Source: Antedon mediterranea | Lineage: Eukaryota > Animalia > Echinodermata | DNA: 64,000 nucleotides | NCBI RefSeq assembly: GCF_964355755.1 | Contig: NC_092676.1 | Location: 30,493,871 to 30,557,870 of the forward strand | Direction: 5' to 3' | Shown: in pieces, positions 42,710 through 54,731 of the stretch | Position numbering within the stretch: the stretch's first letter is position 1 | How the letters are laid out: each line of letters begins with the position of its first letter | The notes under the pieces: generated by a model | What the model was told of the DNA's origin: nothing | Databases searched by the model: none | The model's input: only the letters and a program-made list of their open reading frames with translations | Program-made: the position numbers and the translations under genes

Positions 42710-42736
42710 AGATGAGCTTCAATCAAAGAATTTAAC

Positions 42737-45700
42737 ATGCTGGCTATGAATGCCTGGTTTGCTTTGGTTATGGGCTTTTGGTCAATTCTATACTTGTTGG
42801 ATGCATATGCAAAAGTAAGTTTTACACACTTTTTAATTAAGAAGATCTCAGTGGCTGCACTCATGGTTCTGGTGGTAGAACGAATCTTCTTTGAATAAGG
42901 ACTATAGCATAAACTAAAAAAAAAATAAATAAAATCTGGCACTTTAAAGAACCTAGTACATCTTTCGATACAAGTAGAGGTTACCCTGGTGTACTAGTAT
43001 ATATGTTATGCGCGATTTGAACGATTTGCGCAATTTGAAATTGCGCAAGGTTTTTCTTGCGCAATTTAAAATTGCGCAAAAAATTCCTTGCGCAATTTGA
43101 ATTGAAACATGTGTTTCAAATTGCGCAAGCAACATATTAAATTGCGCAAGTAATCTGCAAATTGCGCAAGGTTTTTCGACAGATTGTGAAATCATGCACA
43201 CCCATATTTTTTTTAGTAATTTCTAAGAATGATTCAAAATTAAAGATAATATCGCATTTTCTTACCCTCCCGGGAGCCTCCCTCCCAAAAATTTTTTCCG
43301 AATAAAAAAAATCTCGAATTCCCAATGGTTCTATAAAATACCATATTCACACATAATATGAGGAGAAGGCATAAATAAATACCAATAGTAATATAATAAT
43401 TTCAATTCAAATATCAGTACTAATGACGATTAATAAGACTAATAACGATTGGATTTTTTTTAGAAACAATAATTATTACGAATTATTAGACGTTTACTAT
43501 TTAACTTAAAAATTAAATTTAATGACAAAAAAGACTAACCTTTCGGTACCATTCTCAACAACAAATGAGTACAATAATAAAAATAACAAACAGTTCGTTT
43601 TCAAATTGCGCAAAGGTGTCATATTGCGCAAGAACTATTGCGCAATTTATAAATTGTGCAGCGCAATTTGAAATTGCGCAAGGATTTTCTTGCGCAATTT
43701 GAAATTGCGCAAGTTGATTGCGCAAGAAAATCCTTGCGCAATTTCAAATTGCGCAAGAATTCTTTGCGCAATTTTAAATTGCGCAAATCGTTCAAATCAC
43801 GCATAACATATACACAGCCACTGTCACACACCGACGCTTATCATAACACATCAAAAGGACCCCTTGATTGTTAGCATACGCTGTTTAGGGTCACCCTCTA
43901 TAAATAATGTGAAATGAATAAATAAAAAATAAAAATGTTAATTACGGCCTGTATTGCATGTGTCCACAGTTTATCCATGTGTGTTTGCGTGGGTAAATGT
44001 AAACACAAATAAAATGACTGATACTAACAAACAACGGCAGTTCAGAAGTACTAAGATGGTGTTCATGGGATGGATTGGTTTTGTGGTAAGACCGTACCAC
44101 CTCAGCCTCACCATGGTTGTGATTGGGGTAAAACAATATCAACTGTCAGTGTTACAGTAGTTGCCCAGCACTCATACTAATTAGACCGGATTATCTTCAG
44201 AAGGTTTGAAATAGACTAAGCCATATAGGCATATTATAGATCCCCACTCCAATGTTAGATTTGAAATAGACTAAGCCATATAGGCATATTATAGATCCCC
44301 ACTCCAATGTTTGGAATATAGACCTTGCCAAGTAGTTTTCCCTTTTTTATTACAAACACAGTATTGTGTGCAATCATTCAATGTTGAACTCGGCACTCTA
44401 TAAATGATTAGTGGTTCTTGTTCAAAAAAAGAATTTATTTAAAAAAAAATGTTTTCATTTAATCAAGTTGTTAAATTGTCGGCCCTGGGGCCGATTGCAA
44501 TAAAGGTCTTAACTGCGGTCTTAGACTTAAGCCCAAGATGAAACCATTAGCAACGATGGTCTTAGATTTAAGACCATTGCAATAAGAAGTTTAAGCCTAC
44601 TGTAAGACTTTCAGCGCAGTGGTCTTAGATTCTAAGCCTCCTCCAGGCAGGCTTACGCTAACCGCGCAACGCGAGCGCTCCTAGGTTAGCTAGTAATATC
44701 ATTACTACCTATTAGCTGTCCCCAACCGCACCAACATACACGCTGTACTCATATTCTCCATACGCGGTCTAGCGCTACACTATTTTGACCAAGAAAAGAC
44801 TACATATAGTAGCATATTTAAAATTTATTTTTTTGAAATATTTGTTTGTAAAGTTTAAGCATGTATATTAATTAACCAATATTTACTATCAAAACATACA
44901 ATTGTGTGTCCATTCATGCATTAAAATGGCCTCAATATGTCCTACTGAGAAGCTTGTCGCTACTCCTTATTGTTAACTTACTCTATTTGCACTTGTTGGT
45001 ATAGCGCCCTCATTTTTCGGTAACTATAGGCTGGTTTGATTGTTTGAAATTCTTTACTTACTAATAAAGTCTCAGTTAAGACCGCTATATTGCAATCGAC
45101 TTTGCTGAGAGGCCTAACTAAGACTTTCGCGAGGGGCTTAGGGCTTAGATCTAAGCCTGAGACAAAGTCTTTATAATACAATCCGCCACTGGTTTTATTC
45201 ATTTTAATATTTAATTGTTTTGAGAAAATTTTCAATTCAAAATAACAGATATTTTCTTCTTTCATATAGAAACAGTAATGGAAAAATATATTAATATAAC
45301 TATAAATAATCTAAATTTGAGGTAATATAAAAAGGAAGAAACTATACTCTAGATGTAAAATATATTAATATAACTATAAATAATCTAAATTTGAGGTAAT
45401 ATAAAAAGGAAGAAGGCAGGATTCCAGAAAGAAACTATACTCTAGATGGCTTGAAATTGCACTCGTAATCAATTACAACAAATTATGGGTTTTTGATAAA
45501 AAATATAAAAAAATATAAATGTTTTGAAGGATCTGCAGCGTATTTGTTGAATTTTATAGTGCTCTTTCAGGCCCGTATGCAGCATTTATAATGGGGGGGG
45601 GGGTGCGAGCGAAGCGAGCAACAATGGCTGGGGGCCAGGGGGCCGCCAAGGGCCCCCGGTCAGGGTCCAAAATTTGCGTTATTTGACGTTCTAAAGACTG

Positions 45701-48700
45701 ATGTAAGACTCTCTGTTGTGGCTTGGGCTGGTTGAACGATGGACACCAGAACTTAACGCTTTCATGATGAGGCCAACTCAGCAGGGGTGGCGCCAGGATC
45801 TTGCCGACGCGGGGGCTACATTCCCCGACGAGGGGGCTATGCGAGCGAAGCGAGCATCACTAGGCTGAGGGCCCGGGGCCGCCAAGGGCCCCCGGTGGGG
45901 GTCCAGGGGGCGAAGCCCCCGGAAGCAACGCGTTCTAGCGTCATTTGAGGTCTTTTTAATCAGATTTAGGGTAGCCATTTTTTCCATTTTTTATAATGCA
46001 TAAATAAAATACTGCGTGCAAAAAAACGATGCGCGATGACGGTTTCAATCCATATTTTTCAATTTAAAAAATAAAAGTTCAAAGAAAATTTTGAAAAATA
46101 GAGTTGGAGGTCCCGGAAATTGGACTTATTATACTTCAAAACATGAAAAAAAAATATATAAGTCCCTATCATGGGTTGTGACTGAGCTAAGAAATGTTTG
46201 AAAAATAGAGATGTTAGGTCCCGGAAAATGTACTTCTTGTTCTTCGAAATATGACCAGCTTTATTGTTGGGGCTGAGCTAAGAAAATGTTTAAAACTAGA
46301 GCTGCAGGTCTTCAAAAAATTGCATTTTATACTTTGGAAACATCAGGCCTAGAGGCTTAAAAAACGCAAGCGTAGACCTTTTTCAGTCGGGGAAAAAAGT
46401 TTATTCCTCCCAGGTGTATGCATGCGTACCATCTGGACTTCCGAGTGGTGAGAAATTCATGACATACAGGATATTGAAAATGTAATAACTATAGCTATAA
46501 TGTTGGCTAAGCGAAAATGGCATGTTTTTTATGTTTAGTAATGGATGAAAAATTTATTTTAGGTGCCCCACGGTACAGAAGGTTACTTGTAAATTAAAAA
46601 ATTGGTGAACAAACGAACAATTAACATAATTCGTTTTTGCTGTAGTGTAGCGTACGTCGACGCAGTACACGACGTAACCGTCGGTAAACTTCGCCTGGAA
46701 AATAACACATTACACATTTTGATCCCTGGATGAAACTTGATATCACGCGTCTCGACCCAACGTTGAACGATTCGTACAAAGGGATACCGCCAGACAAGTG
46801 CGTACCTAGCTATTGTTTAGTAGTAAGTTAGATCGCTGGCAATAATGAATGCATATAAAGTGCATAATATCACTCTGACGTACTCTCACGGTCAATGAAA
46901 CGTCGCGGTTTTCTAGGCGCTGAAGCTTGCTACGAAGTGAACGCGAACGCTTTTTACTGTATATTATATTCCCCGACAAAAAATATACGTGTTCCCTGAC
47001 GTTAAGTTGTCTGTATTTCTCCAGCAAACACTTTACCGCGTACATGAAGCGCTAAGCTATTGCTTGTCGTCACATGATCGACTGCGCATGTTTTACATCG
47101 AGTTTGTAGTCAGTTCAGATTCCGTAATTTAATTACCGGTATTTTTTCATTTTATATTAGCATATTTTTGTTTGTATACCATTGATAATGTAAATGTTGT
47201 ATATATATAATGATATTGTCTTTAGTTAAACAAGACAAGAAAAAATACCAACCGAGGAAATAGTGGACCTTTTGGGACTTGGGGGGGTGCGTCTGCACCC
47301 AACGCACCCCCCCTGGATACGGGCCTGTCTTTATGGATATGCATAGTTTGATTTATATATTAGAAAACTGTGAATGAATATAATAAAATAGCAGGTTTAT
47401 CTATATAATTTATTATACTCCACTTACACATTTTGGTCACTTTTTATACATACAGACGCATCAACGTTATGGACAACGCTATTGTGAGTTCAAAGAACGA
47501 AATGGATTCCAGGTTACAATGGCCCAAGTTCGTTGCTACTCTACTTGCCTCAACCATATTTTTTTAAGGATTGGCCAATGGAAGCCCACATTAACACGAA
47601 TTTGGTTTACTGGTGGTGTTTGGTTTGGTATTATTGCGATGGTTTCTTCAATTGGCCTTCTCACATGGACATTGGTTAAATCTTTTTCAGTAGAAAAGAA
47701 GGAACGGGTGCTGACTCCTGTGGTACAGTATATTCATAGGTTATAAATACTGTAAATGGATTTTACACATTAGGTCATTTTAACCTTTTCTAAGTTAAAT
47801 TTGTTGTAATTTCAGATGCCAGGTGTGAATTTACCCCTCAATCAAATTGTGTATTACTTTTCTGTTTTGTTTGTAAGTGGAATTTTTCATGAATTAGGAC
47901 ATGCAGTAGCAGCAGTAAGGTAAGTACAGTGTAAATAACATAAGGTTCACAGCATGCAAATAATTACCTGTAAACTGAAATCTCAATTTGGAAGACACTA
48001 TGAAACAGGTGTGACTATTTAGAGAAATTGTAGTCCATTGCCTTAAATCAGGTTACTATATATCAGGTTACTATATATCAGGTTACTAAACTTGTATAAA
48101 ACATTGTAGTCCATTGCCTTAAATCAGGTTACTATATATCAGGTTACTATAAATCAGGTTACTATAAATCAGGTTACTATATATCAGGTTACTATATATC
48201 AGGTTGCTATACTTGTATAAAACAAAGAAGATACTGATCATGTAAAAGGTATTGGAAGCCTTTCTTTTTATTAAGCTCATCATTCTATTCCTTTCTATTT
48301 GTTTGATATGTTGCAATTTTGTATATTTTCATAAATTACTAGTAGTTTTTGTGTTTTTAGGGAACAGGTTCGAGTAAATGGTTTTGGGATATTTTTGCTG
48401 GTGATTTATCCTGGTGCTTTTGTTGATCTGCATACAGATCATCTTCATGCTGTGTCTGCTATACGCCAGTTGAGAATATATTGCGCTGGAATATGGCATA
48501 ATTTTGTTTTAGTTGTTACTGGTGTTCTTGTAATGTCAACATTACCAACTCTTCTTTCACCCATGTATGTTACAGGAACTGGCGTGGTACTTACTGATGT
48601 TGTTAAGGTATGTTAGGATGTATTTGGGAACTAGTAAAATTGATCTAAAAACCAATACAAAAGTGTGCAATTTGAATCAAAATACCCAATTCAAATTGTA

Positions 48701-51700
48701 CAATGCTGACATTCAGAGTGATAGAATTTACCAATGACATAATGGGCCATAGAGTGATAGAATTTACCAATGACATAATGGGCCATAGAGTGATAGAATT
48801 TACCAATGACATAATGGGCCATAGAGTGATAGAATTTACCAATGACATAATGGGCCATAGAGTGATAGAATTTACCAATGACATAATGGGCCATAGAGTG
48901 ATAGAATTTACCAATGACATTATTGGGACTGGACCGTTTTAGAGGTGTTTACCACCTGTTGGTCCAGATCCAGAAGTCAAATAAAAAAAAAAAAAATGGG
49001 CCATAGAGTGATAGAATTTACCAATGACATAATGGGCCATAGAGTGATAGAATTTACCAGTGACATAATGGGCCATAGAGTGATAGAATTTACCAATGAC
49101 ATAATGAGCCATAGAGTGATAGAATTTACCAATGACATATTGGGCCATAGAGTGATAGAATTTACCAATGACATAATGGGCCATAGAGTGATAGAATTTA
49201 CCAATGACATAATGGGCCATAGAGTGATAGAATTTACCAATGACATAATGGGCCATAGAGTGATAGAATTTACCAATGACATAATGGGCCATAGAGTGAT
49301 AGAATTTACCAATGACATAATGGGCCATAGAGTGATAGAATTTACCAATGACATAATGGGCCATAGAGTGATAGAATTTACCAATGACATAATGGGCCAT
49401 AGAGTGATAGAATTTACCAATGACATATGGGCCATAGAGTGATAGAATTTACCAATGACATAATGGGCCATAGAGTGATAGAATTTACCAATGACATAAT
49501 GGGCCATAGAGTGATAGAATTTACCAATGACATAATGGGCCCTAGAGTGATAGAAGTTCAGACTAGTTATATAGGGTTAGGGTTATAACATAAATAATCA
49601 CTCTTTTATTCCTCATAGAATTCTCCAGTGTTTGGTGCACATGGTCTTCAGACAGGTGACTATATTAATGCTCTAAATGGTTGTCCTGTGAACAGTATTG
49701 AGGACTGGAGTCGATGCATGGGGGCTATTGTTTATTATCCTGCACCAGGTTATTGTATGCCTATTGGTAAATTACAGCAAATGAGTCACACCATACCGTG
49801 TAAGTTATATATGCAGTTAGCATATTCGTTGTCCTGGTAATGGTTTTCCTTAAACAGATGGAATATTATTTTCCACAAACAGATTTCTTGCACTGAGATA
49901 TCTTGACCTAACAATAACAGCATGCGGAAAGCGTCATTATAACATACTTTAAGTCGATTGATATCCTTTTTAAAGACCATGAAAGAGAATAATACATATT
50001 AATACAATATGATCTATACAAGTAACACAATGTTTCATATTTCATTATACAAAGAAGTAATTGTATTTTTATGCTCACAATTATTACAAAAGTCTGTACA
50101 CAATAGAAGCGAGGGACATAATATTAATTCTACTTTTTCCCCTGTTAGAGAGTGATACAAGGTTGTTTAACATTTGACCATTTTACTGTCTTTTTGGAAC
50201 TTTTCTCCTCATCATTTGTACATTCTCTATTGTGGATAATATTACAATTCAAATACAGGAAAATGACCAGAACCAATATAATCATATAGTATACGAATAT
50301 CACTAATACATTTATGGGCACTTTCAATGCCCAGGCCTGTATATGAATATCACTAATACATTTATGGGCACTTTCAATGCCCAGGCCTGTATATGAATAT
50401 CACTAATACATTTGGGCACTTTCAATGCCCAGGCCTGTATACGAATATCACTAACAAAGTTATGGGCACTTTCAATGCCCAGGCCCGTAGCCAGAATGCA
50501 TCAGAGGGGGGTTTGCGAGCAACTGTAGGCTGGGGGCCAGGGCCCATGGAAGCTTTTGCTCTCAGAGCAATTTCGGTAGTTTTAATCAGCTTACAGAGAC
50601 ATTTTTTACCTACTATGCAGAGAAATTATATAGTATACTACAATATTCTATACAGTTATTGATAATTAATTGCACGATTTTGGAAGTGGGGCCTTTGTTT
50701 TTCAAGGGGCTCGCTTGTAAAAGGGGGTTCGCGCAAAAGGAGAGGTTCGTCCGAACCCCAAAATACCCCGCTGGCAACGGGCCTGATGCCAATAGACAAT
50801 ATATGGTCCAGCTGACTTGTAGATCCATGAACCTCACTGACAAAAGTAAACATATTTTATTTGATGAATAAAAGATTTTGTATTTGATGACGAAGGTATT
50901 GATTGATTGGGTTCAGTTCCGTATACATTTTTTGTTACCTAGATTTGTGAGAAATTCAAAATTATTTCAATTTTAATTAATTTATAAGAGGTAGTTTATG
51001 TAGTTACAATTTTAAAAATTGTAATATTGTATTCTCAAATTGCACAACTTTATTTTATTAGTATTTGTTGGATATGGTGGACATCCTGAATGCTGTAGCA
51101 ATTCAAGTGTATCAGACTTATGTTTCAGCTATGAAATTGTTTCAGATGCTAATAATAAAGAAAAGGTAAAAATGATACTGTTTATTATTAAATAGGGTCT
51201 GTCTACCTATGCATAGAGCAAAATATGATAATGTATCCACTGTATGTCTCCCTAACCCTAACCTATGCATAGGGCATCTAATAATAATATGATCATGTAT
51301 CCACTGTATGTCTACCTGTGCATAGGGCATCTAATAATAATATGATCATGTATCCACTGTATGTCTGCCTATGCATAGGGCATGTAATAATAATATGATC
51401 ATGTATCCACTGTATGTCTACCTGTGCATAGGGCATGTAATAAAAATATGATAATGTATCCACTGTATGTCTACCTATGCATAGGGCATCTAATAATAAT
51501 ATGATCATGTATTCACTGTATGTCTACCTGTGCATAGGGCATCTAATAATAATATGATCATGTATCCACGGTATGTGTACCTGTGCTTAGGGCATCTAAT
51601 AATAATATGATCATGTATCCACTGTATGTACCTATGCATAGGGCATCTAATAATAATATGATGATGTATCCACTGTATGTCTACCTGTGCATAGGGCATC

Positions 51701-54123
51701 TAATAATAATATGATTTATAAAGCACATGTATCCACTGTATGTCTACCTGTGCATAGGGCATCTAATAATAATATGATGATGTATCCACTGTATGTCTAC
51801 CTGTGCATAGGGCATCTAATAAAAATATGATCATGTATCCACTGTATGTCTACCTATGCACAGGGCATCTAATAATAATAATATGATTTATAAAGCACAT
51901 GTATCCACTGTATGTCTACCTGTGCATAGGGCATCTAATAATAATAAGGGTTAGGGTTAAGCCTTCTCTAACCCTGGTACTAGCAATGAACCTGTCTGGT
52001 TAACTGGAAATTACATTTTAACCTCCAAAGTTGTATATTTTCAGAGCTATTCATGTGTAGAAGCTAGGCCTGTGACAGAACAGCCCAGATGTCAAAAGAA
52101 CAGCGATTGTCTTGCTGCAAGAAGAACTGTGTGTGTCCATCCTTTTTTAGAAAAGAGTACTAAGCTTATTAAAATCATGAAAAGCAAAGGAAAATCAGTG
52201 TTATATGTTGGGGATCCTTATTTGTTTGGTCATTCAGGTAATTCTTTAATTTCTGTATTTATCTTGTACTATATTTGATAAAGGCCCCTTAATACTAGAA
52301 CGATAATGATCATTGATAAATAGATATACAGGCATATTTTTGTCAAAGACAGTATAAAATGTTTATTCTATAGTTCTGCAACGCATGTTTATTTATCATC
52401 GATCCTAGATAAATGGGCCTTAATGAATTTAATTTTAACTTTTTTTCTTTGACAGTGAGTGTCAGTAATTATATACCATAGTATTCATTCTTACCACTGT
52501 CTCTTTTTTTCTTTGACAGTGAGTGTCAGTAATTATATACCAAAGTATTCATTCTTACCACTGTCTCTTTTTTCCTTTGACAGTGAGTGTCAGTAATTAT
52601 ATACCAAAGTATTCATTCTTACCACTGTCTCTTTTTTTCTTTGACAGTGAGTGTCAGTAATTATATACCAAAGTATTCATTCTTACCACTGTCTCTTTTT
52701 TTATTTGACAGTGAGTGTCAGTAATTATATACCAAAGTATTCATTCTTACCACTGTCTTTTTTTTTCTTTGACAGTGAGTGTCAGTAATTATATACCAAA
52801 GTATTCATTCTTACCACTGTCTCTTTTTTTCTTTGACAGTGAGTGTCAGTAATTATATACCAAAGTATTCATTCTTACCACTGTCTCTTTTTTTATTTGA
52901 CAGTGAGTGTCAGTAATTATATACCAAAGTATTCATTCTTACCACTGTCTCTTTTTTTCTTTGACAGTGAGTGTCAGTAATTATATACCATAGTATTCAT
53001 TCTTACCACTGTCTCTTTTTTTCTTTGACAGTGAGTGTCAGTAATTATATACCAAAGTATTTATTCTTACCACTGTCTCTTTTTTTCTTTGACAGTGAGT
53101 GTCAGTAATTATATACCAAAGTATTCATTCTTACCACTGTCTCTTTTTTTATTTGACAGTGAGTGTCAGTAATTATATACCAAAGTATTCATTCTTACCA
53201 CTGTCTCTTTTTTTCTTTGACAGTGAGTGTCAGTAATTATATACCAAAGTATTCATTCTTACCACTGTCTCTTTTTTCCTTTGACAGTGAGTGTCAGTAA
53301 TTATATACCAAAGTATTCATTCTTACCACTGTCTCTTTTTTTCTTTGACAGTGAGTGTCAGTAATTATATACCAAAGTATTCATTCTTACCACTGTCTCT
53401 TTTTTTATTTGACAGTGAGTGTCAGTAATTATATACCAAAGTATTCATTCTTACCACTGTCTCTTTTTTTCTTTGACAGTGAGTGTCAGTAATTATATAC
53501 CAAAGTATTCATTCTTACCACTGTCTCTTTTTTTATTTGACAGTGAGTGTCAGTAATTATATACCAAAGTATTCATTCTTACCACTGTCTCTTTTTTTTC
53601 TTTGACAGTGAGTGTCAGTAATTATATACCAAAGTATTCATTCTTACCACTGTCTCTTCCAGATGTAATTGACCTTTTTTGCAGGTAGGCTTTTTATTTG
53701 TAATTATATTTCATGTTCAGATAAAATAGTTTGTTGATTATGTTGTTAAACACCTTATTGCATGAACCACTAGGTTTATTGTATTTCTTGTACTAAATGT
53801 AAATCTTTTAAACATTAATGTTGCATGAAACAATACACCCCCTCCCTCTATTTTTTTGTTAGGTATACATAAGTGATGCTTGATATGTTTATTTTTTTAG
53901 ATATCTCATCTCACTATCTGGAGCTCTGGCTATCCTGAATGCTGTGCCATGTTATGCCCTGGATGGCCAGTACATTCTCACCGCTTTTATAGACTATGCT
54001 TTAAAAGTAGTTTTGCCAAACAAAGGAGATAGGGAATCTTTGCAATTCATAACATTACTTTTTGGTACAATACTGCTGGCATTTAATATTCTACTAGCTC
54101 TTTGGACACTATTTGTGACCTGA
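42737..54123 (+). CDS. MBTPS2: Membrane-bound transcription factor site-2 protease (M50 metalloprotease); exons 42737-42814, 47456-47722, 47816-47919, 48361-48607, 49619-49799, 51062-51165, 52045-52237, 53609-53684, 53901-54123
   Basis: GFWSILYLLD N-terminus, PVMPGVNLP, HELGH zinc motif, YPGAFVDL, RIYCAGIWHNFV, PDZ-like/Cys-rich region and YLISLSGALAILNAVPCYALDGQ (NxxPxxxLDG). Exon phases are consistent. Confidence 0.96.
43000..43812. mobile_element. Foldback/MITE with long modular inverted repeats rich in TTGCGCAA
   Basis: tatgttatgcgcgatttgaacgatttgcgcaattt... mirrored by ...aaattgcgcaaatcgttcaaatcacgcataacata; TA-rich flanks; AT-rich spacer. Confidence 0.85.
44488..45188. mobile_element. 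Harbinger-like non-autonomous element
   Basis: CTG|gggccgattgcaataaag... and ...ctttataatacaatccgcca|CTG: imperfect TIRs with a possible 3-bp CTG duplication; subterminal cttag...taag palindromes at both ends. Confidence 0.55.
45568..47327. mobile_element. Non-autonomous DNA transposon with CAGGCCCGTA TIR and 5-bp TSD (TCTTT)
   Basis: tcttt|caggcccgtatgcag ... ctggatacgggcctg|tcttt; a second element-like end (caggggtggcgccagg, ~45782) lies inside. Confidence 0.85.
48022..48222. repeat. 15-bp ATCAGGTTACTATAT repeats within a higher-order duplication
   Basis: Direct inspection. Confidence 0.85.
48714..49556. repeat. 36-bp minisatellite, ~21 copies, interrupted by a poly(A) insert
   Basis: Unit agagtgatagaatttaccaatgacataatgggccat. 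Confidence 0.97.
48921..48994 (+). mobile_element. Heavily 5'-truncated retroposon 3' end (stem-loop + AATAAA + poly(A))
   Basis: ctggacc..aggtg..cacct..ggtccag hairpin followed by aaataaaaaaaaaaaaaa, inserted between gacat and aatgggc of one repeat unit. Confidence 0.75.
50289..50485. repeat. ~51-bp repeat x4 abutting a MITE end
   Basis: gtatacgaatatcactaatacatttatgggcactttcaatgcccaggcct repeated. Confidence 0.9.
50480..50785. mobile_element. MITE with CAGGCCCGTAGCCAG TIR and 5-bp TSD (ATGCC)
   Basis: atgcc|caggcccgtagccag ... ctggcaacgggcctg|atgcc. Confidence 0.85.
51200..51947. repeat. ~52-62 bp minisatellite, ~14 copies
   Basis: Unit atgtatccactgtatgtctacct(a/g)tgcatagggcatctaataataatatgatc. 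Confidence 0.93.
52282..52420. mobile_element. Short degenerate Harbinger/Tourist-like MITE
   Basis: taa-aggccccttaatactagaacgat ... atcgatcctagataaatgggcct-taa. Confidence 0.5.
52440..53658. repeat. 64-bp x19 tandem repeat of an MBTPS2 3' splice site plus the first ~48 nt of the exon
   Basis: Unit tttttttctttgacag|tgagtgtcagtaattatataccaaagtattcattcttaccactgtctc; AG ends at 52455, 52519 ... 53608. Confidence 0.97.
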
Positions 54124-54660
54124 AATCTCATTATGAATCATTTATGAGATTTTTTAATGAACAACTAAAAATGATTACCATCATAGCTCAAACAGTTGTA
54201 TTTTAGACTGAGTAAATTGTATATTTTGTAGACAATAAACAATTCATAGTAAATGATTCTGTTAATAGTTTCTGTTAATATCACATCCCTCCCATTATCT
54301 ACTCATCAAATTTTAATGAAGGAATATATGCGTGAATAATTGAAAAATAAGTGTTAAATGGAAATCAACTAAACATCAAGTTGAATGTTATGTGCTAGAA
54401 ACTAAATTGTACTAACTTACTACACTAGAATAGACAATACAATTATTAAATAGACACTATTTCAGCGTCTTGCTTTTGCGTGCAGATAATTTTCGAGTGA
54501 TTATAAAAATGATGAATGTTTATGAAATGTAGGCCTTGGCTAGGCTCGCCTACCTTTTGTTTGATTAAAATTACAGGAATCTATTTAGATGAATGAATGA
54601 ATAATGAATGTTTTATTTTTGTGTGATGGTACAAATAATGGCATGAGGTGAATGATGAGT

Positions 54661-54731
54661 GAACATTCTCAGAACGTACTCGGAACATACCCGGAACATA
54701 CTCGGAACATACTTTGGAACATACTCGGAAC
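54661..54731. repeat. ACTCGGAACAT 11-mer repeat x6
   Basis: Immediately precedes the RT fragment. Confidence 0.85.

Noticed and set aside
48645-49507. Repetitive ORFs (MGHRVIEFTNDI)n and reverse frames
   Set aside because: Produced by a 36-bp minisatellite within an MBTPS2 intron.
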